NCBI GenBank assembly: GCA_965219685.1
Contig: CBDCOH010000002.1
Span: forward strand, 4,224,001 to 4,288,000
DNA: 64,000 bases
Direction: 5' to 3'
Source: Candidatus Spongiisociaceae bacterium
GTDB lineage: Bacteria; Actinomycetota; Acidimicrobiia; Spongiisociales; Spongiisociaceae
This document shows, one piece after another, positions 1 through 9,657 of the stretch. Made by a program: the position numbers and the translations under genes. The notes under the pieces were generated by a model, which worked only from the letters and a program-made list of their open reading frames with translations, did not search any database and was not told the origin of the DNA. The stretch's first letter is position 1. Each line of letters opens with the position of its first letter.

Positions 1-1
1 A

Positions 2-790
2 TTCGACGCGGAGTGCGTGGCTCACGAACTGATGGCCGACATGATCCAGTACGTGGTGATGAAGGACGCCGACGCCGATGCCGAGAACGGCGACCTGTCC
101 AGCCTGTTCAACCTGCCCGCATCGGCGCACCAGTACCTCGAGTACTGGCTGCTGTGCAACCACGTGGGGTCCTCTCCGACATCCGACGACGAGACCTTTA
201 TCCGCAGCGTCCTGGAAGGTGACATCCCGGACTGGTTCACCGACACCTACGGCGGATCCAGCAGCGACATCTACACCCGCGACTACGACGGCGATGCGGC
301 CGAGGTGTGGAAGCACCTCCGAAGGTTCCAGGCATCCGACTCCCAGACCGCTCTCAGCTACCGGGTCGTGCCCGTCAACTACCTCTCCAAACTCTTCGGC
401 GGCTATTGCAGCAACTCCGGCGCCACCAACGAGGCCAGGAACAAGGGCACCCCCACCGAGGGTCGCAACCCCTGGGCCAACGACGGCTGCCCGCTCACCA
501 ACACCGGCTCCATCGCCCTCACGTCCGGGGCGAGCTACATAGAGGTGGACTGGGACAACACGAGATCCATCAACACAGACTTCGTCGACGAGATCCAGAT
601 CCAGTGGAAATCGTCAGGCCAGGAGTACTCGGACGTAGCTGCTGAAGGCCGCAACACCGCAGTCACCCAGAGCCAGCTCCCGTATCGCATCACGACGACC
701 GCCGGAACGCAACTGTCCGTCCGCATCCGCCTGGTAAGCGGCGACAACACCAGCCCCTGGGTCGAAGGCCAAGCCACTGCAGGCTCGTAA
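2..790 (+). CDS. 5'-truncated hypothetical protein with C-terminal fibronectin type III-like domain
   Basis: Frame is open from base 2. C-terminal IEVDW...IQWKSSGQEYS...LSVRIRLVSGDNTSPW resembles FN3. Confidence 0.6.
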   Translation, partial: FDAECVAHELMADMIQYVVMKDADADAENGDLSSLFNLPASAHQYLEYWLLCNHVGSSPTSDDETFIRSVLEGDIPDWFTDTYGGSSSDIYTRDYDGDAAEVWKHLRRFQASDSQTALSYRVVPVNYLSKLFGGYCSNSGATNEARNKGTPTEGRNPWANDGCPLTNTGSIALTSGASYIEVDWDNTRSINTDFVDEIQIQWKSSGQEYSDVAAEGRNTAVTQSQLPYRITTTAGTQLSVRIRLVSGDNTSPWVEGQATAGS

Positions 791-1060
791 CCTACCGCCC
801 GGACGGCTGCAGTGGTGACGGTGGCTGTCGACATCGGGGCGATGACACCGACCCCGAGGTGCTGTTCCAGCCGACCGAAGCCGATCCGAACACAGCGGGC
901 CACCAGGTTGAGGTGGCCCGACTAGGGTCGACCCGGTCGGTGTGATCGTCACCGATGCGGCCGGATCGGCCGCCGAGGTAGCAGGCCGATGTTCACTGGT
1001 CTGTCGAGTTGACTGCTGGACTGATCCCGCGATGTGCGGGGTTGGGTCAGGGGCTTCAGG

Positions 1061-3955
1061 TCATGGACTCCAGCGCACTCCTTCCGGAGCGCGGGGCCAG
1101 CAGGTGATCGTGTCGTCGGTTGCGATGGCGCAGGTGTGTCTTTTGTAGGCCGTGATGGCTTTGTAGGTGCCCGGGATCGAGTCGGGAATGTCGCCATCGA
1201 CGCCTCCCCAGCAGGAGACGGTGTCGTCGTCGGCGATGGCGCAGCTGTGGGTCGATCCGGCTGCGACGGCTTTGTACGTGCCGGCGGGCGCGTCGGCCTG
1301 GCCGTCGTTGTTCTTTCCCCAGCAGGTGATGGTGTCGTCGTCGGCGATGGCGCAGCTGTGGTACCCGCCGACTGTGACGGCCTTGTAGGTGCCGGTGGGC
1401 GCTTTGGCCTGGCGGTTGTTGTTCTTTCCCCAGCAGGAGACGGTGTCGTCGGTTGCGATTGCGCACGTGTGATGCAGACCGGGTGTGACGGTCTTGTAGG
1501 TGCCCGCGGGCACGTTGGACTGTCCGAAGCCCCAGCAGGTGACCGTGTCGTCGATCGTTGTGGCGCAGGTGTGGTGCGTGCCGGCTGTGACGGCCTTGTA
1601 GGTGCCGGTGGGCGCGTCGGTCCGGCCGTAGAGGGCGCTTCCCCAGCAGGTCATGGTGTCGTCGGCGGTGATGGCGCAGGTGTGGTCGTCGCCCGATGAG
1701 AGCGCCCGATGCGCGCCTGCGGGCGCGTCGGTCTGCCCGTAGTAATTGGCTCCCCAGCAGTCGATGGTGTCGTCGGATGTGATGGCACAGCTGTGGTCCC
1801 AGCCGACTGCGACAGATTTGTAGGTGCCTGCGGGCGCGTCGGTCTGCCCGAAGTTGTTGTACCCCCAGCAGGTGATGGTGTCGTCGTCGGCGATGGCGCA
1901 GCTGTGATACTCGCCGAGTGCGACGGTCTTGTGGGTACCGGCCGGGGCCTCTGCGGGCCCGTTGTAGTTCTCTCCCCAGCAGGTGACGGAGTCGTCGGTG
2001 GCGATGGCGCAACTGTGACTCTCGCCGGAGACGACCGCCTTGTAGGTGCCTGCGGGCGGATCGGTCTGCCCGAAGTCGTTGGCTCCCCAGCAGTCGATGT
2101 TGTCGTCGGTCCTGATGGCGCACACGTGGTTGGTGCCGGTGTCGACCGCCTTGTAGGTGCCGGCGGGCGCGTCGGTCTGACCGTCGTAGTTCATTCCCCA
2201 GCACGCGAGGGTATCGTCGGTCTTGATGGCGCACTTGTGCTGGGACATGGACGCGAACATCTTGAATGTTCCGGCCGGCGCGTCGGACTGTCCGAAGCGG
2301 GTTGGCCCCCAGCAGTTGAGGGTGTCGTCGAACGCGACGGCGCAGGCGCTGTAGCTGCCGGCGTCGATGGCCTTGTAGGTGCCCGTCGGCGCGTCGATCC
2401 TTCCATGGATGCTGTTTCCCCAGCAGGCGACGGTGCCGTCAGTCCTGAGGGCACACGCATGCTCCCAGCCGTGGGTGACGGCCTTGAACGTTCCCTCGGG
2501 CGGGTCGGCCTGGCCGAAGGCGTTGGCGCCCCAGCAAGCCAGGGTGTCGTCGGTCTTGATGGCGCATGAGGAGTGGTCGTCCGCCGACTCGACCAGCTTG
2601 AAGGTGCCGGTCGGCACCTCGAGCTGGCCGTACTGGTTGTCCCCCCAGCAGGAGATGTTGCCGTCGATGCGCAGGCCGCACACGTGGATGCGGCCGACGA
2701 CGACAGACTGGAAGGCGCCGGCCGGCGTGTCGGTCTGCCCGGAGATGTTCCTGCCCCAGCAGGTGATGGCGCCGTCATAGCGCAGGCCGCACGTCTCGTA
2801 CTTGTTGGCGGAGAGTGATTTGAATCCTTTGTTGTTGGTTGTTTGGTGGTGGCCAGGCATGTTGTGGCGGGCGAGGTGGGATTGGGTGTTGGTGGTGACC
2901 CACATCGAGGCGCCGTTGGACCAGATGCCCCATGGTTTGTCGGTGCCGGTGTCTGCGAGGGTGTTGATGTCTCTTTCTGTGGTGCGGGCGCCGTTGGAGA
3001 GCCGGTAGGCGTAGATCTTGTCGTCGCGGTCGTCGGCCACCCAGAGGGTGGTGCCGTCGGACCAGAATCCCCTGGGGTGGTTGTTGCCGGCGGCGTCGAG
3101 GGTGTCGATGTCTTTGCCCTGGACGCGGGCGCCGTTGGAGAGCCGGTAGGCGTAGATCTTGTCGTCTTCGTCGTCGGCGATCCAGAGGGTGGTTCCGTTG
3201 GACCAGATGCCCATGGGCTTGGTGTTGCCTGCGGCTTCGAGGGTGATGATCACCTTGGACGCGTCGCGGGCGCCGTCGGCGAGGCCGTAGGCGTATACCC
3301 AGTTGTCGCGGCCGTCGGCGACCCAGAGGGTGGTTCCGTCGGACCACATGCCTCGGGGGGTGGTGTTGCCTGCGGCTTCGAGGGTGATGATCACCTTGGA
3401 CGCGTCGCGGGCGCCGTCGGCGAGGCTGTAGGCGTACACCTTGTCCTCGCCGTTGTCGGCGATCCAGATGGTGGTGCCGTCGGACCAGATGCCGCGGCTG
3501 GCGCTGTTGTCCTCGTCCAACGATGCTGTCGTCCACTCAACCGCCGAGACATCCTCTTCGGTCTCCACGGGCTCTTCCGGCTCCTGCGACGGTGGAGCCG
3601 CCGGAGTGTTGGCGCGAACGAACCCCGACTGCGGGCTGAGCCCGTGCGCGTTGCGGGCCTTGACCCGGTACACGTACCGGGTCGACGCCTCAACAGTCGT
3701 GTCGGTGTAACCGGTGGCATCAGCGGCCACGGCGTCATCGATGATCTCGAACGCGCCTGCGGCCTGCACGGCGCGGTTGCGACGAAGAACCTGATAACCC
3801 GTGATGGAGGAGTCCCCCGGATCGTTCCACGACAGCGTCACCGAGTCATGTGACACAGCGGTAACGGCAAGCCCCTGTGGCGTATCGGGCACGTTCCCGC
3901 TCTGCGCCGCCGCGGCGGCGACCACCGCCAAGGAGACCACCGCCGCGCACACCAC
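1061..3955 (-). CDS. Secreted FN3 + GIWSDG beta-propeller + RCC1/BLIP-II-like repeat protein (paralog B)
   Basis: Hydrophobic signal then AAAAA-Q, FN3 (VTLSWNDPGDSSITGYQVLRR...YVYRVKARN), about 5 GIWSDGTTLWVAD repeats, 16 HxCAIxxDxTxxCWG repeats. In-frame GTG at 3955; possible true start 3990 across a G6 run. The ORF-track extension to 5419 is a shadow frame of paralog A. Confidence 0.85.
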   Translation of the reverse strand: MVCAAVVSLAVVAAAAAQSGNVPDTPQGLAVTAVSHDSVTLSWNDPGDSSITGYQVLRRNRAVQAAGAFEIIDDAVAADATGYTDTTVEASTRYVYRVKARNAHGLSPQSGFVRANTPAAPPSQEPEEPVETEEDVSAVEWTTASLDEDNSASRGIWSDGTTIWIADNGEDKVYAYSLADGARDASKVIITLEAAGNTTPRGMWSDGTTLWVADGRDNWVYAYGLADGARDASKVIITLEAAGNTKPMGIWSNGTTLWIADDEDDKIYAYRLSNGARVQGKDIDTLDAAGNNHPRGFWSDGTTLWVADDRDDKIYAYRLSNGARTTERDINTLADTGTDKPWGIWSNGASMWVTTNTQSHLARHNMPGHHQTTNNKGFKSLSANKYETCGLRYDGAITCWGRNISGQTDTPAGAFQSVVVGRIHVCGLRIDGNISCWGDNQYGQLEVPTGTFKLVESADDHSSCAIKTDDTLACWGANAFGQADPPEGTFKAVTHGWEHACALRTDGTVACWGNSIHGRIDAPTGTYKAIDAGSYSACAVAFDDTLNCWGPTRFGQSDAPAGTFKMFASMSQHKCAIKTDDTLACWGMNYDGQTDAPAGTYKAVDTGTNHVCAIRTDDNIDCWGANDFGQTDPPAGTYKAVVSGESHSCAIATDDSVTCWGENYNGPAEAPAGTHKTVALGEYHSCAIADDDTITCWGYNNFGQTDAPAGTYKSVAVGWDHSCAITSDDTIDCWGANYYGQTDAPAGAHRALSSGDDHTCAITADDTMTCWGSALYGRTDAPTGTYKAVTAGTHHTCATTIDDTVTCWGFGQSNVPAGTYKTVTPGLHHTCAIATDDTVSCWGKNNNRQAKAPTGTYKAVTVGGYHSCAIADDDTITCWGKNNDGQADAPAGTYKAVAAGSTHSCAIADDDTVSCWGGVDGDIPDSIPGTYKAITAYKRHTCAIATDDTITCWPRAPEGVRWSP

Positions 3956-4008
3956 CGCGTACTGCAGCCTTCTACGACGACCCCCCGCACGGCCTTCTGG
4001 GGCGAGCC

Positions 4009-6975
4009 TCAGCTCTTGGACCACCAGTTCACTCCTTCGGGAGTGCGCGGCCAGCAGTTGATGGTGTCGTCGGTTGCGATGGCGCAGGTGTGTCTCTTGT
4101 GGGCCGTTATGGCTCTGTAGGTGCCGGGGATCGAGTCGGGGTTGTCGCCATCCTTGCCTCCCCAGCAGTTGATGGCGCCGTCGGTGGCGATGGCGCAGGA
4201 GTGGATCCGGCCCAGCGCGAGGGCCTTGTAGGTGCCGGTGGGCGCGCTGGTCTGCCCGTGGTCGTTTTGTCCCCAGCAGGAGACGGTGTCGTCGGTTGCG
4301 ATGGCGCAGGAGTGGTGCCCGCCGGCTGCGAGCGTCTTGTAGGTGCCGGTGGGCGCTCTGGTCTGGCGATAGTTGTTTCGTCCCCAGCAGTTGATGGTGT
4401 CGTCGGTGGCGATGGCGCAGGTGTGGTACCGGCCCAGCGCGAGGGCCTTGTAGGTGCCGGTGGGCGCGTTGGTCTGGCCATGGTCGTTTTGTCCCCAGCA
4501 GTTGATGGTGTCGTCGGTGGCGATAGCGCAGGAGTGGTTTTGGCGAAGCGCGAGCGTGCTGAAGGTGCCGGTGGGCGCGTCGGTCTGCCCGGAGGTGTTG
4601 AGCCCCCAGCAGGTGATGGTGTCGTCGGCGGCGATGGCGCAGATGTGGTCGTCGCCTGATGACAGTGCCTTGTGCGTGCCTGCGGGTGTGCCGGTCTGCC
4701 CGAGGGAGTTGTCTCCCCAGCAGGCGATCGTGCCGTCGGTTGTCATGGCGCAGCTGTGAAAGAGGCCGGTTACGACGGTCTTGTGGGTGCCGGTGGGCGC
4801 GTCGGTCTGTCCGAGGTCGTTCAGTCCCTGGCAGGTGATCGTGTCGTCGGCCCCTATGGCGCAGCTGTGATACTCGCCGACAGCGACGGCCTTGTGGGTG
4901 CCGGCCTGCGGCTCCGCAAGCGCGTTGTAGTTCTCTCCCCAGCAGGTGACGGAGTCGTCGGTCGCGATGGCGCAAGTGTGGTAACCGCTGGCGAGGACAG
5001 TCTTGAAGGTGCCGGCCGGCGCGTCTGAATTGCCGTAGAGGTTGGATCCCCAGCACGCCAGAGTGTCGTCGAGTGCAATCGCACAAGTGTGGGTGATGCC
5101 GCTGCTGACCGTCCTGTAGGTGCCGGCTGGCGGGTCTGACTGGCCATTGCGGTTGTCTCCCCAGCACACCAGCGTGTCGTTGGTGGCGATGGCGCACGTA
5201 TGCTCGGACCCGGTCGAGAACCTCTTGTACGTCCCGGCCGGCTCGTCGGACTGCCGGTAGCGTTGGTACCCCCAGCAGTTGAGGGTGTCGTCGAGCGCGA
5301 GCGCACAAGTGTGGACTTCGCCGGCGTCGATTGCCTTGTAGGTGCCCCTCGGCGGTTCGTCCACTCCCTGGTTGCTGTATCCCCAGCAGGCGATCTTGCC
5401 GTTGGTCCTGAGGGCGCACACGTGCTCCCAGCCGATGGTCATGGCCTTGAACGTTCCTTCAGGCGCCTCGGCCTGACCGAAGGAGTTGTATCCCCAGCAG
5501 GCCATGGTGTCGTCGGTCTTGATGGCGCACGAGGTCCGGTCGTGCGCCTCAATATCCTTGTAGGTGCCGGCCGGCGCCTCGAGCTGGAGGAAGGCGTTGT
5601 CACCCCAGCAGGCGATGGTGTCGTCGGTCTTGATGGCGCACATATGCATGCTGCTGGTGACGAATGACTTGTAGGTGCCGTCCGGTACGCCGATCTGCCC
5701 ATGGCTGTTCACCCCCCAGCAGGAGATGGTGCCGTCATAGCGCAGGCCGCAGGTGTCGTGGGCGTTGGATGAGAGTGCCTTGAAGCCTTTGTTGTTGGTT
5801 GTTTGGTGGTGGCCGGGCATGTCGTGGCGGGCGAGGTGGGATTGGGTGTTGCTGGCGACCCACATGGAGGCTTCGTTGGACCAGATGCCCCAGGGTTTGT
5901 CGGTGCCGGTGTCGTCGAGGCTGTCGATGTCCTTGTCCGGCGTGCGGGCGCCGTTGGAGAGTCGGTAGGCGTAGATCTTGTCGTCGCGGTCGTCCGCCAC
6001 CCACAGGGTGGTTCCGTCGGACCAGATGCCCCTGGGGTTGTTGTTACCCGCCGCATCCAGGGTGTCGATGTCCTTGCCGGGTGTGCGGGTGCCGTTGTCG
6101 ATCCGGTAGGCGTAGATCTTGTCGTCCTCGTCGTCGGCGATCCAGAGGGTGGTTCCGTTCGACCAGATGCCCATGGGCTTGGTGTTGCCCGCCGCTTCGA
6201 GGGTGATGATCACCTTGGACGCGTCGCGGACGCCGTCGGCGAGGCTATAGGCGTATACCCAGTTGTCGCGGCCGTCGGCGACCCAGACGGTGGTTCCGTC
6301 GGACCACACGCCCCGGGGAGTGGTGTTACCGGCGGCGGCGAGGGTGTTGATGTCTTTGGACGTGTCCCGGGTGCCGTCGGCAAGGGTGTAGGCGTAGACC
6401 TTGTCCTCGGCGTTGTCGGCCACCCATACGGTGGTGCTGTCGGACCAGATCCCACGGCTGGCGGTGTTGTCCTCGTCTAACGATGCCGTCGTCCACTCCA
6501 CCGCCGAGACGACCTCCTCGGTCTCCTCGGTCTCCTGCGGGGGTGGAGCCGCCGGAGTGTTGGCGCGAACGAACCCCGACTGCGCGCTAAGGCCCTCAGC
6601 GTTGCGGGCCTTGACCCGGTAGACGTACCGGGCCGATGCCTCAACAGTCGTGTCGGTGTAACCGGTGGCGTCAGCAGCCACCGCGTCATCGATGACGTCG
6701 AACACGCCCGCAGCGTGCACGGCGCGGTTGCGGCGAAGAACCTGATATCCCGTGATGGACGAGTCCCCCGGATCGTTCCACGACAGCGTCACCGAGTCAT
6801 GGGCCACAGCACTAACGGCAAGCCCCTGCGGCGCATCGGGCTCATCCCCCGTCTGGGCCGCCGCGGTGGCGACCACCGCCGCTGAGATCCCCGCCACCAC
6901 TGCAACAACCCGAAGAAAAGTCATCGAGCACATGGTTTGGCTGGCCGCTCTAGGAACCCGACGCTGCTTGCCCAT
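4009..6975 (-). CDS. Secreted FN3 + beta-propeller + RCC1/BLIP-II-like repeat protein (paralog A)
   Basis: 988-aa ORF with the same architecture as 1061-3955, signal peptide ending ATAAA-Q, 16 repeats of about 37 aa. The start may be a few codons downstream. Confidence 0.88.
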   Translation of the reverse strand: MGKQRRVPRAASQTMCSMTFLRVVAVVAGISAAVVATAAAQTGDEPDAPQGLAVSAVAHDSVTLSWNDPGDSSITGYQVLRRNRAVHAAGVFDVIDDAVAADATGYTDTTVEASARYVYRVKARNAEGLSAQSGFVRANTPAAPPPQETEETEEVVSAVEWTTASLDEDNTASRGIWSDSTTVWVADNAEDKVYAYTLADGTRDTSKDINTLAAAGNTTPRGVWSDGTTVWVADGRDNWVYAYSLADGVRDASKVIITLEAAGNTKPMGIWSNGTTLWIADDEDDKIYAYRIDNGTRTPGKDIDTLDAAGNNNPRGIWSDGTTLWVADDRDDKIYAYRLSNGARTPDKDIDSLDDTGTDKPWGIWSNEASMWVASNTQSHLARHDMPGHHQTTNNKGFKALSSNAHDTCGLRYDGTISCWGVNSHGQIGVPDGTYKSFVTSSMHMCAIKTDDTIACWGDNAFLQLEAPAGTYKDIEAHDRTSCAIKTDDTMACWGYNSFGQAEAPEGTFKAMTIGWEHVCALRTNGKIACWGYSNQGVDEPPRGTYKAIDAGEVHTCALALDDTLNCWGYQRYRQSDEPAGTYKRFSTGSEHTCAIATNDTLVCWGDNRNGQSDPPAGTYRTVSSGITHTCAIALDDTLACWGSNLYGNSDAPAGTFKTVLASGYHTCAIATDDSVTCWGENYNALAEPQAGTHKAVAVGEYHSCAIGADDTITCQGLNDLGQTDAPTGTHKTVVTGLFHSCAMTTDGTIACWGDNSLGQTGTPAGTHKALSSGDDHICAIAADDTITCWGLNTSGQTDAPTGTFSTLALRQNHSCAIATDDTINCWGQNDHGQTNAPTGTYKALALGRYHTCAIATDDTINCWGRNNYRQTRAPTGTYKTLAAGGHHSCAIATDDTVSCWGQNDHGQTSAPTGTYKALALGRIHSCAIATDGAINCWGGKDGDNPDSIPGTYRAITAHKRHTCAIATDDTINCWPRTPEGVNWWSKS

Positions 6976-7556
6976 TATCCCGGACCTCTTGCCGTTCCCA
7001 TGGCCGGTCGACCTGCGCTAATTCTGGCTCCGGCGAACTCGCGGGCTGATCTCTGGACGCTGCAAGGCTGCCCTACCTGTGGGCCTTCCCTGGGCGTTTC
7101 TCCCCTGGGGACCTATTGACTTCATCCGTACCCGTACCGGCTTCGATCCGGATGGTAATCGAGATGCCGCTATCCCACAAGCGTAAGCATGAGATAGCCG
7201 TAAGATAGTTGGCTATCTATATCAAATTACTGTAAACTCAGGTGCAGCACGTGCGGGTCGGGGACTATCGCCGCCGCTTCCTTGTACGTGGGACTACACA
7301 GAGCCGCATGAGACCACATAAGCTCCACACAAGACCGAAGTCTATCCGCGGACACAGCATCTGATTGAGGCTCTAGGAGATCGCACAAAACCAGGAAACG
7401 GCGGTCGCCCCACCGCCGAACCTCGGAGCACCTGACCTCAGCAGTGGTCTTGGCAACGGACTCTGTGCCGGATGGTCCGCAAAGACTCGCGCAGTTGCCT
7501 ATGTCAAGAGGATCCCCACCCCCCCATGAACCGCCCCGGAACCGCCCCGGATGCTC

Positions 7557-8789
7557 CTATGTTTTGCAAATCGGTTTTGTGGTGGGGTCGGTGAGCCATT
7601 TCTGGTAGCGGGTGGCGAGCTGGTGGTTGTGGTGGAGGCCTCGTTCGAGGAGCGATAGGAGGGTGGGGTGGACCTGGAGGTGTTCGGCGGCGTCGGTGAG
7701 GGTTAATCGGGTTTGGTGGCGTTGGTGGCGGAGGTCGTTGCCGTCGGGTGTCGGGGACGGTTTGGTTAGGAGGTGGTAGATCTCGCGGGCGATGTGCCGT
7801 TTCAGGCAGCGGATGATCTCGCGGCGGGTTTTGCCTTCGGCTTTGCGTCTGCGGGTGTATTCGATGGTGCGGGGGTCGGTGCGCATCCGGTTGGTGGCGA
7901 TTCGCCAGAGAGCGTTGTTGGCTTGGCGGTCGCCGCCTCGGTTGAGCCGATGCCGAACTATCTGTCCCGATGATGCTTGGACGGGGCTGAGGGCGCATAG
8001 TGCCGCGAAGGACCGTTCCGATTTCATGCGTTGGGGGTTGTCGCCGGCGGCGACTAGGAGTGCTGCAGCGCTGTGGGGGCCCACTCCGGAGGCGGCTAGG
8101 AGCGCCGGGTTGGCCTTGGCGCAGAGACGGCGGATCTCGGTGTCGAGTTCGGCTATTTCTGTGTCGAGGGTCCGGTATCGGCGGGCCAGGTGCCGCAGCG
8201 CCCTCTTCGCGTACGCGGTGGTGGTCTGCGCTTCGCCGGGACGCCAGCGGACACAGATTCTGACCATCGCTCAGATACTGGAGCCCCGGAGCCGATGTTT
8301 GACCTGCTCAGGGGCGGTTGTGAGGAGGGCGTGGATCTGGTTGGCGGCCTGGGTGCGTGCTTTGACCGCTGAACGGCGAGCCATCCGAAGCATTCTTATC
8401 CCTTCTACGGGTCCGTCCCCGCCTTTGGGTCGCCCGGTGGCATCTCCGCTGAGGGCAGCTCGGGCTGCGGCCTCGGCGTCGACGGTGTCGGTCTTGCCCC
8501 TGAGACGACGCAGCTGGCGGTTGGGACGCATGACCTCCACCACCTCGATGCCCACTCGGGTCAGATAACGAGCCAGGCCGGCGCCGTAACTGCCGGTGCC
8601 CTCCACACCGACCTGAACAGGCCGCCCCCAGGAGCGAAGCCACTCCTCCAGCTGCGCGTATCCCGCCGCATCAGCCCTGAACTCCTCTGCTCCCAGTAGG
8701 CGACCCGTGTGATCCAGCACGGCCCCAACGTGGATATCCCGATGGGTATCAACCCCTCCAAACACATCGACCTGGCCTCTCTCCGGCAT
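7557..8789 (-). pseudogene. IS110 transposase/recombinase with in-frame TGA at 8273-8271 and C-terminal XRE-like HTH
   Basis: GVDTH...GVEGTGSYG...KTDxVDA RuvC-like domain; SPVQASSG...RHRLNRGGDRQAN domain. The two ORF-track halves are in the same frame, separated by one TGA. Confidence 0.85.
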
Positions 8790-8799
8790 GCGCTCTGCC

Positions 8800-9025
8800 T
8801 CCCCTCTCCTTGTTGGAATAGGCTTTGTGCGGCAGCGCCGGTCCGAAGCGGGTGGACAAAACACTCAGGGTGTGGGGAAGAAACGACCAAAGCTCCTATG
8901 AGGTCACATCCGCTCCGGGCTGGCTGCCCGTACCCCCCGACCGGTGCCCGGCCGACAGATCCGGGGTAAGGCACCACAGCCAGTTTCCCGGTGGGTCAGA
9001 CCGGACCCCGGTCGAGGTCCCTTAA
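8800..9025 (-). ncRNA. Candidate IS110 bridge RNA
   Basis: Structured non-coding leader (stems CTGGCTG/CAGCCAG, GGTGCC/GGCACC) carrying 8-9 nt segments matching both element ends and the flank. Confidence 0.6.
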
Positions 9026-9605
9026 GTATGAGTGTTTCCCCGGAGACTCATTTGAGCAAGTCTCACAACCTTCTGTGTCAACCCCTCGCGGGTTCGGACT
9101 TGAGGGACTTCTATTTGGAAGATGTTCTCCCTTCTTCGGTTTAGCCAAGCGGTGGAGGTACGCATCCGAGTGTGGGCACCTGTGCTGACAGGGCCGACAC
9201 GGACGTGTGGATGGCCGCCCCGGTAGTCTGGACCGATGGGCACTGGCTGGTCTCCTGCAGAGGGTTCTGCCCCTTCGTGGGTCGCTTGAGGACGGCCAAG
9301 CAGATCTGTCCGAAAGGACCCCCGACCACACATCGGTTCCGAGGCCAGAACCATCGAGGGCGGCTCCGGGTTCTACGACCCCGTGGACCTGCCCGACGAT
9401 GTGCGGCTGCGCGTGAATAGGGCAGCCCGGTGGTAGCACAGGGAACCCGGTGACGCGTAGTCTCCCTCAGTCTGATTCATCTCATAGGCGGCTGCCTACC
9501 GATAACTTCCTAACAGGGTCTGAGAACGCCATCTCGTGCGTGCTGTGGGATCAAAGGTGGGACGAATCCTACCAAAAAGCTGTTTACCTGGGCTTTACCC
9601 GGTCC

Positions 9606-9657
9606 TAAACTTCGCTGCCCCTGAGGGGCGTGTGGGTTCGAATCCCACCCCGGGTAC
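9606..9657 (+). tRNA. 3' fragment of tRNA-Leu (probably TAA); att site, not a functional tRNA
   Basis: TAAAC-TTCGC, long variable arm GCCCC-TGA-GGGGC, T-arm GTGGG-TTCGAAT-CCCAC, acceptor 3' strand CCCGGGT-A. No D-arm or 5' half upstream. Confidence 0.75.

Larger units (their letters stand above)
7550..9045 (-). mobile_element. IS110-family insertion sequence (ends approximate)
   Basis: DEDD recombinase gene, about 250-nt non-coding leader, minus-strand right end ...TTGCAAAACATAGGAGCATC resembling actinobacterial IS110 ends, no terminal inverted repeats. Confidence 0.85.

Noticed and set aside
3991-5419. 1452-aa ORF suggesting a giant or overlapping protein
   Set aside because: The N-terminal part is Arg/His-rich off-frame translation of paralog A, typical of high-GC repeats; real coding starts near 3955-3990.
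1061-6975. Diversity-generating retroelement TR/VR pair
   Set aside because: Both copies are full genes, differences are not confined to adenines as far as I can see, and there is no reverse transcriptase in the window.
8271-8273. Selenocysteine read-through in the IS110 transposase
   Set aside because: The position is not a conserved Cys or redox motif and no convincing SECIS follows; a nonsense mutation is simpler.
9606-9657. Functional tRNA gene (including tRNA-Sec)
   Set aside because: No 5' acceptor strand or D-arm; the TGA lies in the variable-arm loop, not the anticodon.
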